In this document: positions 16,883 through 24,100 of the stretch, in pieces
Position numbering within the stretch: position 1 is the first letter of the stretch
Layout: each line of letters opens with the position of its first letter
Source of the DNA: a virus
Lineage: Duplodnaviria; Caudoviricetes
IMG/VR virus record: IMGVR_UViG_3300011114_000118
Span: 1-25,641 of that record
Reading direction: 5' to 3' (one strand)
DNA: 25,641 bases
Notes under the pieces: model-generated
Told to the model about the DNA's origin: nothing
Database searches by the model: none
The model's input: only the letters and a program-made list of their open reading frames with translations
Made by a program: the position numbers and the translations under genes

Positions 16883-18228
16883 TATTCTCCCAGACTAGCA
16901 CCGCAGGATACACAAACTTTTGCCGTTTTTGGTGACGGCATACCGCACTTAGCACACAATGATGCCATATTTGCTAAGGCAATCATACTACTTCCGCCCT
17001 GACTTAATTCTGTTAATGCCCATACTAAAGCATCTAATCTATCTGGGCTTTCATTTGATAACGGTGTCCATTCGCACATCTGCGTTTCCAAATCAGCAAA
17101 ATAGCCAATATGATGCACTTTACCTTGCTCATATAAAGCACTTATTGGTTCGGCTCTTAATTGCTTACCCCTAGTTGCCGTTACTTTTTTAGTGGCAACG
17201 CTTCTATCTACTTGTTGAAGTGTTAATATCACCATATCGCCGCCGTTATTTGTTTCAGCAATAATCTTATCTGCCTTCAATTCGTGATATAGATTTACCG
17301 CTTGTCTTGCCCAAGCATCAGGGCTAGCGCGTAACGATTTATCCGACAATATGTAATAATCGCCACTACTAGATACACCTGCCGCAATAATGCCTGTTTC
17401 ATCGCTATTTTCATTACTGGTTACGGCAGGGTCTAAGCCAATTACTATGCGAATTAAGGGTGGCGCACTTACGACCCGAGCACTCTCTATCATTTCGCGA
17501 GTCCATAGTGCGCCTTCTACATTATCCAATATTTCGCCATAAAGTTCTTGCCTACCCAACCGCGTGTTCTCATAACGCAACTTAAATTCGGCTATGGCAC
17601 TAGGCGCTAAGTTAGCGGCGTTATCAAATGTGCTACCGCGTATGACTTTAACGCCGTTACGGTCAATTAAATCTTTTATAAGCCTAATTGGCTTTGGCGT
17701 AGTTGTAACAATAGTTTGTGGAAATGCGCCTAAGCGTAAGCCAAATTGATACTGGTCCCACGCTTCTGGGTGCTTAAATGCCGCTAATTCATCAAACCAA
17801 CCGCCGTGATGCTGAGGCCCACGCAAACGCTCTGGTTCTTCACCACTAAACAATTTAATCCGTGAGCCGTTAAGTAGAAATATCTCGCCAATGCTACGGT
17901 TATAATCTTTCAAAGTGCCATACTCACGCAATATTGCCACGATACCCGAATTGCCTTCGGCGCAAGTATCACGCGCATCGCCGTAAGTAGGCGCTACGAT
18001 AGCCCACCGAGTTTTAGGATTACTAGATGCCTGATACGCCAGCCATTCTGCCGCCGTGCGTGTCTTGCCCGCACCGCGACCCGCTAGATATAACCAAGTC
18101 TGCCAACTGTTATCTTCAGTTGGTAACTGTTCCTGTCGGGCTAATTGGTGTGTCCAGCGCACTCTGCGGCTTGCTATTAAGGAGAGCGACAAGTCTGGCA
18201 ACTTCGGCATCAATGCTATCTCGGTCAT
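16882..18228 (-). CDS. terL: Terminase large subunit with C-terminal zinc ribbon
   Basis: Walker A 'AGRGAGKT', Walker B 'GWFDE', 'TTTP', RNase H-like 'IGLDPA...DETG', 'PDRLDA'; GAGGTG RBS before ATG at 18228. Confidence 0.96.
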   Translation of the reverse strand: MTEIALMPKLPDLSLSLIASRRVRWTHQLARQEQLPTEDNSWQTWLYLAGRGAGKTRTAAEWLAYQASSNPKTRWAIVAPTYGDARDTCAEGNSGIVAILREYGTLKDYNRSIGEIFLLNGSRIKLFSGEEPERLRGPQHHGGWFDELAAFKHPEAWDQYQFGLRLGAFPQTIVTTTPKPIRLIKDLIDRNGVKVIRGSTFDNAANLAPSAIAEFKLRYENTRLGRQELYGEILDNVEGALWTREMIESARVVSAPPLIRIVIGLDPAVTSNENSDETGIIAAGVSSSGDYYILSDKSLRASPDAWARQAVNLYHELKADKIIAETNNGGDMVILTLQQVDRSVATKKVTATRGKQLRAEPISALYEQGKVHHIGYFADLETQMCEWTPLSNESPDRLDALVWALTELSQGGSSMIALANMASLCAKCGMPSPKTAKVCVSCGASLGE

Positions 18229-18592
18229 AAATATTCACCTCTACTTGCGATTTAACAGGAACATCTAGTCCTAATAAACGCGCTCGCCTTTCCATTATTT
18301 TAATTAATGCCAATATGGCACGGGCACGCTCTTGCGCATCTGCGCCATTAACTACATCGCCCCATATAGCCGCCTGAGCAATATCTAAGCGGTCTATTTC
18401 AGCATTTCTTATTGCTACTACATCTTCAACCACGATACGCCGACACGCCGATTGATACGCTTTATGCGCACCACTAGCGTTGGCATATCCAAGGCGTTCA
18501 GCAATTAAATCAAATGTTAATCCGCCACGCCGTAGTTCCAGCACTTTTTTCTCGCGTTCAATTACTGCTGGGTCTGATTTACCTCTTGCCAA
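18116..18592 (-). CDS. terS: Terminase small subunit (HTH)
   Basis: N-terminal HTH 'LELRRGGLTFDLIAERLGY'; 'ERRARLLGLD' motif; directly upstream of TerL; TTG start. Confidence 0.85.
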   Translation of the reverse strand: MARGKSDPAVIEREKKVLELRRGGLTFDLIAERLGYANASGAHKAYQSACRRIVVEDVVAIRNAEIDRLDIAQAAIWGDVVNGADAQERARAILALIKIMERRARLLGLDVPVKSQVEVNIYDRDSIDAEVARLVALLNSKPQSALDTPISPTGTVTN

Positions 18593-18624
18593 TTTTTCCC
18601 CCCATATATCCTACAAATATAGCA

Positions 18625-19755
18625 TTAATTAGATGGTTTTGGACAAAGTATTTTTGCTATATCTTCATTGGGCGCACCTGCGTAACGGAAGCCAGTAGTA
18701 ATGCGACTACGCGATAGCCCCAGCCTACCCGTTATTGATGATGTTTTGCCCCTTTGGGCGACCCGTGAGGGTTCTCTAATCATTTCCCAATTAGATGACT
18801 TATTCAACGCCCTAACACGCGCTGGATGACTTGTGGTCGTATATGTAGAGAGCCCCTGAGCCTTTAACCCAGCGCAAATAGCATCTACGAATTTACCGCC
18901 TAAGCCTATTCCCTGATAATCAGGTAAAACTACTGTTCGGCTGATTCTACGAGCGGCTTTCACATTGGCATTTATAAGTGGCAATATTGCCGTCATTATT
19001 GCTGGCTGGTCATTAATCAAACCCACATATATTTGCGCCGATTTATTCAAAGTATCGCTTAAATAGTGATGCTTAGCGAAGATTTGCCACGCCGTATAGT
19101 TTGCCCAAATGATTTCACAATTGACTTGTGGGCGGGGTTGAACCGACCCCCAAGTGAAGGCACCTAAGTGCGGCTGATAAATCCAATCGGGTTGTAACCA
19201 TTCTTCTATATCATAATGGCACGATACGGCAACAAATTTCTGATTTCTGGCTCTAACAGTTTTGGCTATTGCGGCTGAACCTATTTGCGCAACTGTGCGG
19301 TCAATAACCGATGTAAATTCATCTACAACGGATATATCTTCACTTTCTGCCAATATTCTTGCCATAGCAACCCTAAATTTTTCACCATTACTTAAATTTT
19401 CATAAGGGCGTAACCACGCTGGCGGTGATGAGAAACCCACCGAAGATAACAATTCTGTTATATCTTTAATTGGCATTTGTTTTGGGAAATCATCAATAAC
19501 GGCGTTATTAGCACTCCATTTCATATTTTCTGCCAACGATAATTCTTTATTAAACATATTTTTAGCAATAGTTGTTTTACCTGCGCCTGATGGCCCAACA
19601 ATTAACCCTATATTCCAAGAGCGAGTAGATAAATCAGGGATATTATTTGGCACTTCCGTTACAGATAATTTAGCCGCCTGTAAATCAAATATGCCTTCTA
19701 ATTGCATTACGCGTGGCGTTCTTTCAATTTGCGTAGTTAATTTGATAGTGCTCAT
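18625..19755 (-). CDS. ABC-type ATPase fused to GNAT (Mom-like) acyltransferase (COG2401-like)
   Basis: Walker A GPSGAGKTT, signature LSNGEKFR, Walker B VVDEFTS, H-loop VSCH; C-terminal HHYL and acyl-CoA motif RTVVLPDYQGIGLG. Confidence 0.9.
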   Translation of the reverse strand: MSTIKLTTQIERTPRVMQLEGIFDLQAAKLSVTEVPNNIPDLSTRSWNIGLIVGPSGAGKTTIAKNMFNKELSLAENMKWSANNAVIDDFPKQMPIKDITELLSSVGFSSPPAWLRPYENLSNGEKFRVAMARILAESEDISVVDEFTSVIDRTVAQIGSAAIAKTVRARNQKFVAVSCHYDIEEWLQPDWIYQPHLGAFTWGSVQPRPQVNCEIIWANYTAWQIFAKHHYLSDTLNKSAQIYVGLINDQPAIMTAILPLINANVKAARRISRTVVLPDYQGIGLGGKFVDAICAGLKAQGLSTYTTTSHPARVRALNKSSNWEMIREPSRVAQRGKTSSITGRLGLSRSRITTGFRYAGAPNEDIAKILCPKPSN

Positions 19756-20285
19756 ATAACAATAGCCCTTACTCTTAATCCTTCTTCCGATAATCGCAAA
19801 AGTAAAGCAGTTTGTTCGTTTTCATCAGCGCACTCAATTACTACTTCATAGCGTTCAGCAATTTCTTTTATGCTGGTATCTATTTCATCACGGGTTTTCA
19901 AATCAAAATCTTTGAAACCTAATTCACCAATGTTCCATTCTTCTAATTTTAATTCCCGTAATTGGCTTAATAGTATTTCTGTATTCCAAGATGCTAATTC
20001 AGCCGTGCGATTATCAGCAAGCGCATATGCTTTTATCGTATCTTCATCCCAAGTATCGGGAACACGCACTACGGATAAACCTTTCCACCCTATTTGCCGA
20101 GCGGCTTCTAATGTGCCGTTACCAGCAACTACGATATTATCTTTTGTTATAACAACGGGTTTTCGTTGCCCAAATGTTTGTAACGATTTAGCAATAGCAT
20201 CTATATTTTTCTTGTTATGGCTTCTTGCGTTATTGGCATCAAGCATTAAATCATCAATCGGGATAATTTCTACATTTAGTTCCAT
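19752..20285 (-). CDS. ParB/Srx N-terminal domain protein (phage type)
   Basis: 'NNARSH...SLQTFGQRKPVV...VVAGNG...ALADNR'; ATGA-coupled to the ABC-GNAT gene. Confidence 0.9.
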   Translation of the reverse strand: MELNVEIIPIDDLMLDANNARSHNKKNIDAIAKSLQTFGQRKPVVITKDNIVVAGNGTLEAARQIGWKGLSVVRVPDTWDEDTIKAYALADNRTAELASWNTEILLSQLRELKLEEWNIGELGFKDFDLKTRDEIDTSIKEIAERYEVVIECADENEQTALLLRLSEEGLRVRAIVI

Positions 20286-20309
20286 TACTAGCCTTTCCTA
20301 AGATTAAGT

Positions 20310-20343
20310 GAGAGGGGTGCCAAGGGACGGAAGCACCCCTCTC
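20310..20343. promoter_or_regulatory. Stem-loop between the HTH gene and ParB (terminator-like or translational element)
   Basis: Perfect 11-bp inverted repeat GAGAGGGGTGC/GCACCCCTCTC with a 12-nt loop; no good U-tract on either strand. Confidence 0.55.
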
Positions 20344-20349
20344 TATTCG

Positions 20350-20553
20350 CTACTCCGAAGGGATAAACGGAGTGCGAACTGCCTTCACTCGCTGGACATC
20401 TGCCAAAGTAAAAAGCGACCTACGCTTTTGTTTGCCTACTGGTATTAACAATTTACGATGCACTAATTGTCGCAAATTATTTGGTGTAATGCCAAGTAAT
20501 TCGGCGGCATAAACGCTATCTACAATGTCGTCTGATACATCTGTGTTTTCCAT
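20350..20553 (-). CDS. Small HTH DNA-binding protein (MerR/excisionase-like)
   Basis: 'AAELLGITPNNLRQLVHRKLL.P......LF...DV'. Confidence 0.82.
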   Translation of the reverse strand: MENTDVSDDIVDSVYAAELLGITPNNLRQLVHRKLLIPVGKQKRRSLFTLADVQRVKAVRTPFIPSE

Positions 20554-20565
20554 TATTTGCCTTTC

Positions 20566-20964
20566 TTATGCCCAAGGGTCATCAATTGGGTCCTCTATTG
20601 GTTTATTATGCTCAACCGTTAATGGTTCAGCCATATTTTTCGGAACAATGCCGTAAGTATCACAATTTATTTGTAATGTTTTTTGATTATTGCCTTCTTT
20701 ATCAACCCAAGATTCCACATTAAATCTACCGCTAACTACTACGCGTTTGCCTTTTCGTAATTCGTTAGCCGCGCCCGTAGCATCTTTACCCCAAACAAAA
20801 CACCGAAACCAAATTGTTTCTCCATCTTCCCATTCATTATTTTTTTTAACGCGTGGAGTGTTTGCTATGGTGAAACTTGTAACTAATGCACCTGTTGGTG
20901 TTTTTCTTAATTCTGGGTCGCTTCCTAAATTACCTGTAACTGTTAATATGCCTTCACCAGCCAT
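20566..20964 (-). CDS. ssb: Single-stranded DNA-binding protein (actinobacterial type)
   Basis: 'TVTGNLGSDPELR.TP.G..V.SFTIA.TPR', 'WFRCFVW', C-terminal DDPWA. Confidence 0.95.
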   Translation of the reverse strand: MAGEGILTVTGNLGSDPELRKTPTGALVTSFTIANTPRVKKNNEWEDGETIWFRCFVWGKDATGAANELRKGKRVVVSGRFNVESWVDKEGNNQKTLQINCDTYGIVPKNMAEPLTVEHNKPIEDPIDDPWA

Positions 20965-21304
20965 AACCTTCTATCCTTTCAATGTAATCGTATTGCCCAT
21001 CATCCGTTAGTGTAACAATAGAACCGTTAGGCAACTGTAATGGAATATTATCTGGCTCGGCGTGTCGTGAAACTATATGACCCGATAGCGTAGATTTTTT
21101 TATGTTCATATGAACACTAAATGATGCCAAGTTATGGCAATCGTGATGTAACGCAATTAAATTATTAACTTCATCTTTACCGCCACGCGATTTGAATTTG
21201 CGATGATGTAATGCAAAATTATCTGTTAATACTAACCCACATAATTCGCAGTATCCTTTGCACCGTGCTAACACCAAATCTCTTAGAGATTTCCAATCCG
21301 CCAC
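20954..21304 (-). CDS. HNH endonuclease
   Basis: 'CELCG...HHR...SRGG...NNLIAL...CH'; GTG start with GGAAGG RBS. Confidence 0.88.
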   Translation of the reverse strand: MADWKSLRDLVLARCKGYCELCGLVLTDNFALHHRKFKSRGGKDEVNNLIALHHDCHNLASFSVHMNIKKSTLSGHIVSRHAEPDNIPLQLPNGSIVTLTDDGQYDYIERIEGYGW

Positions 21305-21333
21305 TAGATGCCTTCCTAGAATTTAATGAGGGT

Positions 21334-21834
21334 TTAATCGGTATATGTGTTGAAGTAATCGTCAAGGATTTGTGTATTGCTGATACTGCGGCTTAATTTT
21401 GCACGGTCTGTAATTTTAATCCAAGCCCCTTCTATATCAGAATATTCTTTGCTAGCAGTTAATTTAACTACTTGCTCATCATCATTATAAGCAACGCCTG
21501 TTAAAGCATCTAATACTGCTCTTGCTAACTTATCTATATCAGGGCGTTTATGCGGTTCTTTGCGTTTAACTGTTTTCGGGCGCGCCATATGGAAAGTTAC
21601 ATTAATTTCTACGCCTTCTTCTGCTTTACTAACTTGTGCGTGGCGAGCGCAGTTAGCAATTGTTGCTCGCCACACAGCCAAGTCATTTGCTCTCATATGA
21701 ATTGCGTGTCCATTAATGAATTTTAGAGAACCTTGCGGCACGGCTTTGCCAGCCACGAAAAAATGAGCATTAATACCATTTATTTCGTTGCCAGTATTTC
21801 CAAGCGTTACAAGGTGTTCCATAGCGGTGCTCAA
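21334..21834 (-). CDS. rusA: RusA-family Holliday junction resolvase (true start uncertain, see findings)
   Basis: 'G..VPQGS', 'PDIDKLARAVLDALTG..Y.DD.QV...A.K.Y'. Confidence 0.9.
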   Translation of the reverse strand: MSTAMEHLVTLGNTGNEINGINAHFFVAGKAVPQGSLKFINGHAIHMRANDLAVWRATIANCARHAQVSKAEEGVEINVTFHMARPKTVKRKEPHKRPDIDKLARAVLDALTGVAYNDDEQVVKLTASKEYSDIEGAWIKITDRAKLSRSISNTQILDDYFNTYTD

Positions 21835-22171
21835 TATACCGCAATCCGTTAATGATTTGTTTCATCGGGTCGGTGCTTGTTTCACCAAGCATTTGTGCTA
21901 TACCAAAAGCCGTGCTAGTAGGGTTATCAGCAAGATGATTCCACGCTGATTCTTTACCCCAAAGCATATTTAGGCATTTGGATTGTTTTTTACCCCAACC
22001 ATATTTAGCCATTTTTATTTTGGCATATATTTTGGGTTGAGTGTGTGCTATCGCTTTATGGACTTGTCTTATCTCTAGTTTAGGCGCGGTGGCTTTTGCT
22101 GGATATATGATTCCAACCGCCAACGCAATAGCCATAATTAGAGTTGTTTTTAGTTTTTTGCGATTTGGCAT
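21770..22171 (-). CDS. Secreted lytic transglycosylase/lysozyme-like protein (actinobacterial SLT type)
   Basis: Basic-then-hydrophobic signal/anchor segment; 'CL..LW.KES.WN..A.NP.S.AFGIAQ', 'GLRYI..RYG.PC.AW'. Confidence 0.85.
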   Translation of the reverse strand: MPNRKKLKTTLIMAIALAVGIIYPAKATAPKLEIRQVHKAIAHTQPKIYAKIKMAKYGWGKKQSKCLNMLWGKESAWNHLADNPTSTAFGIAQMLGETSTDPMKQIINGLRYIEHRYGTPCNAWKYWQRNKWY

Positions 22172-22183
22172 ATCTGCTACTCC

Positions 22184-22498
22184 TTAGAGAGTGCGAGTTT
22201 TTTCGCTCTCTTTGTTATCGTAGTTTTCTGCGTGTTTATATTTGGAGCGTTCTCTTAATCTCTGCCCCATTTCCTCGGTGCTAACGGAGGTATTTTGGAT
22301 TTCTGCTCTCTCATAATTACAAACCGAGCAGAATTGCACCCCATCATACCATTTTTCCACCACGATTTTTTCGCCTTTATTCCATCGTTCCTGTTGGTCT
22401 AAATAACGAATATGAATAAAGCCTTTTTCACATCCTTCGGTGTGTGTGCAACGGCAGTTTAATCTGCCACAATGATTATGATTTTGTCCCAGTAACAT
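22184..22498 (-). CDS. Hypothetical Cys/His-rich protein
   Basis: 104 aa; HCG..NC.C.H..GC..G...CSVC putative zinc-binding motif; AAGGGA RBS. Confidence 0.7.
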   Translation of the reverse strand: MLLGQNHNHCGRLNCRCTHTEGCEKGFIHIRYLDQQERWNKGEKIVVEKWYDGVQFCSVCNYERAEIQNTSVSTEEMGQRLRERSKYKHAENYDNKESEKTRTL

Positions 22499-22671
22499 TA
22501 CATTTCCCTTCTTATTAGATTCATTACATCATCTATAGCCGTTTCAAAACCGTGCTTATAAATAAAAGCAAGTTCATTCATTGGCTCATCTTTTACGCGT
22601 AATTCATTTATATTGCGTAAAAGTTTTTGTAGTAATTCAAAATTACTAAGTTCAGTTGGTTTTTCCGTCAT
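22498..22671 (-). CDS. Hypothetical protein, 57 aa (MTEKPTELSN...HGFETAIDDVMNLIRREM), not in ORF track
   Basis: AGGA RBS; fills the gap exactly; TAATG-coupled to the next gene. Confidence 0.7.
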   Translation of the reverse strand: MTEKPTELSNFELLQKLLRNINELRVKDEPMNELAFIYKHGFETAIDDVMNLIRREM

Positions 22672-22951
22672 AGTTTCCTAACGCTATATCGGCGCAAATC
22701 GTTTGAACGCCTATTAGAGCATTATCAACCGAACCAGCAGTTTTGATGATTTGTTTGCGATTGTTTAATGGTTTCCAAGCCATTATTTGTTCAGCAATTT
22801 GGTTGCGTATTTGTGCTTCCAATACTGATATTACTTGTTTAGCCAATTCGGTATCTTTGCCTTTTGGCGTATCAAGCAATAATTGTCCGTTTTTTACAGA
22901 CCAATGCGGTTTGGTGCATATGCCAAAATTAAACAAATGCCGAATCTGCAT
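22652..22951 (-). CDS. Hypothetical protein (99 aa)
   Basis: GAGGCAGG upstream; 'LEAQIRNQIAEQI...CADIA' helical pattern. Confidence 0.7.
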   Translation of the reverse strand: MQIRHLFNFGICTKPHWSVKNGQLLLDTPKGKDTELAKQVISVLEAQIRNQIAEQIMAWKPLNNRKQIIKTAGSVDNALIGVQTICADIALGNYDGKTN

Positions 22952-22953
22952 AA

Positions 22954-23070
22954 TTACCTGCCTCTTTTGTGGTCAATGGATAATTCGTAATGATAATCGC
23001 ATAGTGCCTTACCCATTTTGGTATGGGTTGCTATATCTTTACATAAGATACAAGTTGTCCCTTGTTCCAT
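22954..23070 (-). CDS. Micro zinc-finger protein, 38 aa (MEQGTTCILCKDIATHTKMGKALCDYHYELSIDHKRGR), not in ORF track
   Basis: TAATG-coupled to the initiator gene; CxxC...CxxH; stop 2 nt before the next ATG. Confidence 0.7.
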   Translation of the reverse strand: MEQGTTCILCKDIATHTKMGKALCDYHYELSIDHKRGR

Positions 23071-23864
23071 TATTTGCCCTGCCTTTCTTTATACATATTC
23101 TGAGCCACGCGATATGCGTAACTTACTAAATCTGTTAAATCTTTACTTGCCGCTTCATCTATAGCCAATAAGGCTATACGCCCAAAGCGTTTAGTCATTT
23201 GACCTATACGCCCAATTTCTGCGCTGGATAATTGCCTGGTTTGTAATTCCGCTACATACCAAGCAGTTAATGCAATACATCCGCCTATATCGTTAGCGTT
23301 ATGTAATGCATCCCATTGTTCTTCCACTAACTTAGATAAGTTCCAAGCGTTAATACCATTTGCTCTTGCTTCGGCAAGTTTATTACCTATTGCTTCAACG
23401 GCATTTTTAGCACTTGCTACTCTAGGCGTAGGAAGTTGTTTATTTATCTGTATTCTGTTTTCTGTATTCTGTATTCTGTATTCTGGCTCTGTTACTAACG
23501 CGTTATCCCACCCGTCATCATCTGCTTCGGATTGTTTTTGTCGGTAACGCTTGGCTCTAGTCCGTAATGCTTCCCGTTTATGTTCAACCTGAGCCTTACT
23601 GGTTTGATGTGCCAAATAATCGTGGATTTGAAATCCTTTCTCCACTCTTATCCATAAACCGACTTCTTCCAATTCATCCGATGGTTTGGCGGTGCTTTCT
23701 TTATCACTTAGCATTCCTGATACTGCCTGATATGGAACAAACCCATCTGTTAAATATTTACCTGAATAGCATAATCCGCGTATATGTAGCCGAAACGCTA
23801 AATCAGATAAACCAATAACTTTTGGATGGTCGGGAAAACTGTCGTCAATTTTTATCCAAGCCAT
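23070..23864 (-). CDS. Replication initiator-like protein (actinophage RepA-like N-terminal domain)
   Basis: 'MAWIKIDDSFPDHPKV', 'TDGF', 'L...GLW.....GFQIHDY..HQ' followed by a basic helix and a repeat-encoded linker; GGAGGAG RBS. Confidence 0.75.
   Translation of the reverse strand: MAWIKIDDSFPDHPKVIGLSDLAFRLHIRGLCYSGKYLTDGFVPYQAVSGMLSDKESTAKPSDELEEVGLWIRVEKGFQIHDYLAHQTSKAQVEHKREALRTRAKRYRQKQSEADDDGWDNALVTEPEYRIQNTENRIQINKQLPTPRVASAKNAVEAIGNKLAEARANGINAWNLSKLVEEQWDALHNANDIGGCIALTAWYVAELQTRQLSSAEIGRIGQMTKRFGRIALLAIDEAASKDLTDLVSYAYRVAQNMYKERQGK
23447..23481. repeat. Tandem 7-bp repeat (TCTGTAT x4 plus TCTGTTT), iteron-like
   Basis: Five contiguous heptamers followed by degenerate TCTGGC/TCTGTT copies, inside the initiator gene. 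Confidence 0.85.
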
Positions 23865-23866
23865 TT

Positions 23867-24100
23867 TTACTCCTCCCTTTTTCCCGAGGCTATATCAGCC
23901 GCTTCGTTCCATAAGTTTTCAATCTCGGCAAGTCTTATAGCACTTTCCGAATAGAGTTGTCGCCAATGCAACTGGTCGGTATTTGCACTTTTGTTCTCAA
24001 AATCTTCCTTCCAGTAACAGGCTTCACTTGCTCTTTTGCGCAAAATCCGTTCTATGGATTGTCTTACTTCAAGTTCCGTTGGCGGTAAAAAGTTTTCCAT
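23867..24100 (-). CDS. Hypothetical protein (77 aa)
   Basis: Abuts both neighbouring genes; helical. Confidence 0.65.
   Translation of the reverse strand: MENFLPPTELEVRQSIERILRKRASEACYWKEDFENKSANTDQLHWRQLYSESAIRLAEIENLWNEAADIASGKREE

Noticed and set aside
18625-19755. ABC transporter ATP-binding subunit
   Set aside because: No permease or substrate-binding gene in the window; GNAT fusion and packaging context point to a non-transport ABC ATPase.
19752-20285. Plasmid-type partition system
   Set aside because: No ParA, no ParB HTH domain and no parS array; this is the phage ParB-N type associated with modification enzymes.
20954-21304. Mobile homing endonuclease or intron
   Set aside because: Short free-standing HNH with its own RBS; it interrupts no gene and no intron structure is evident.
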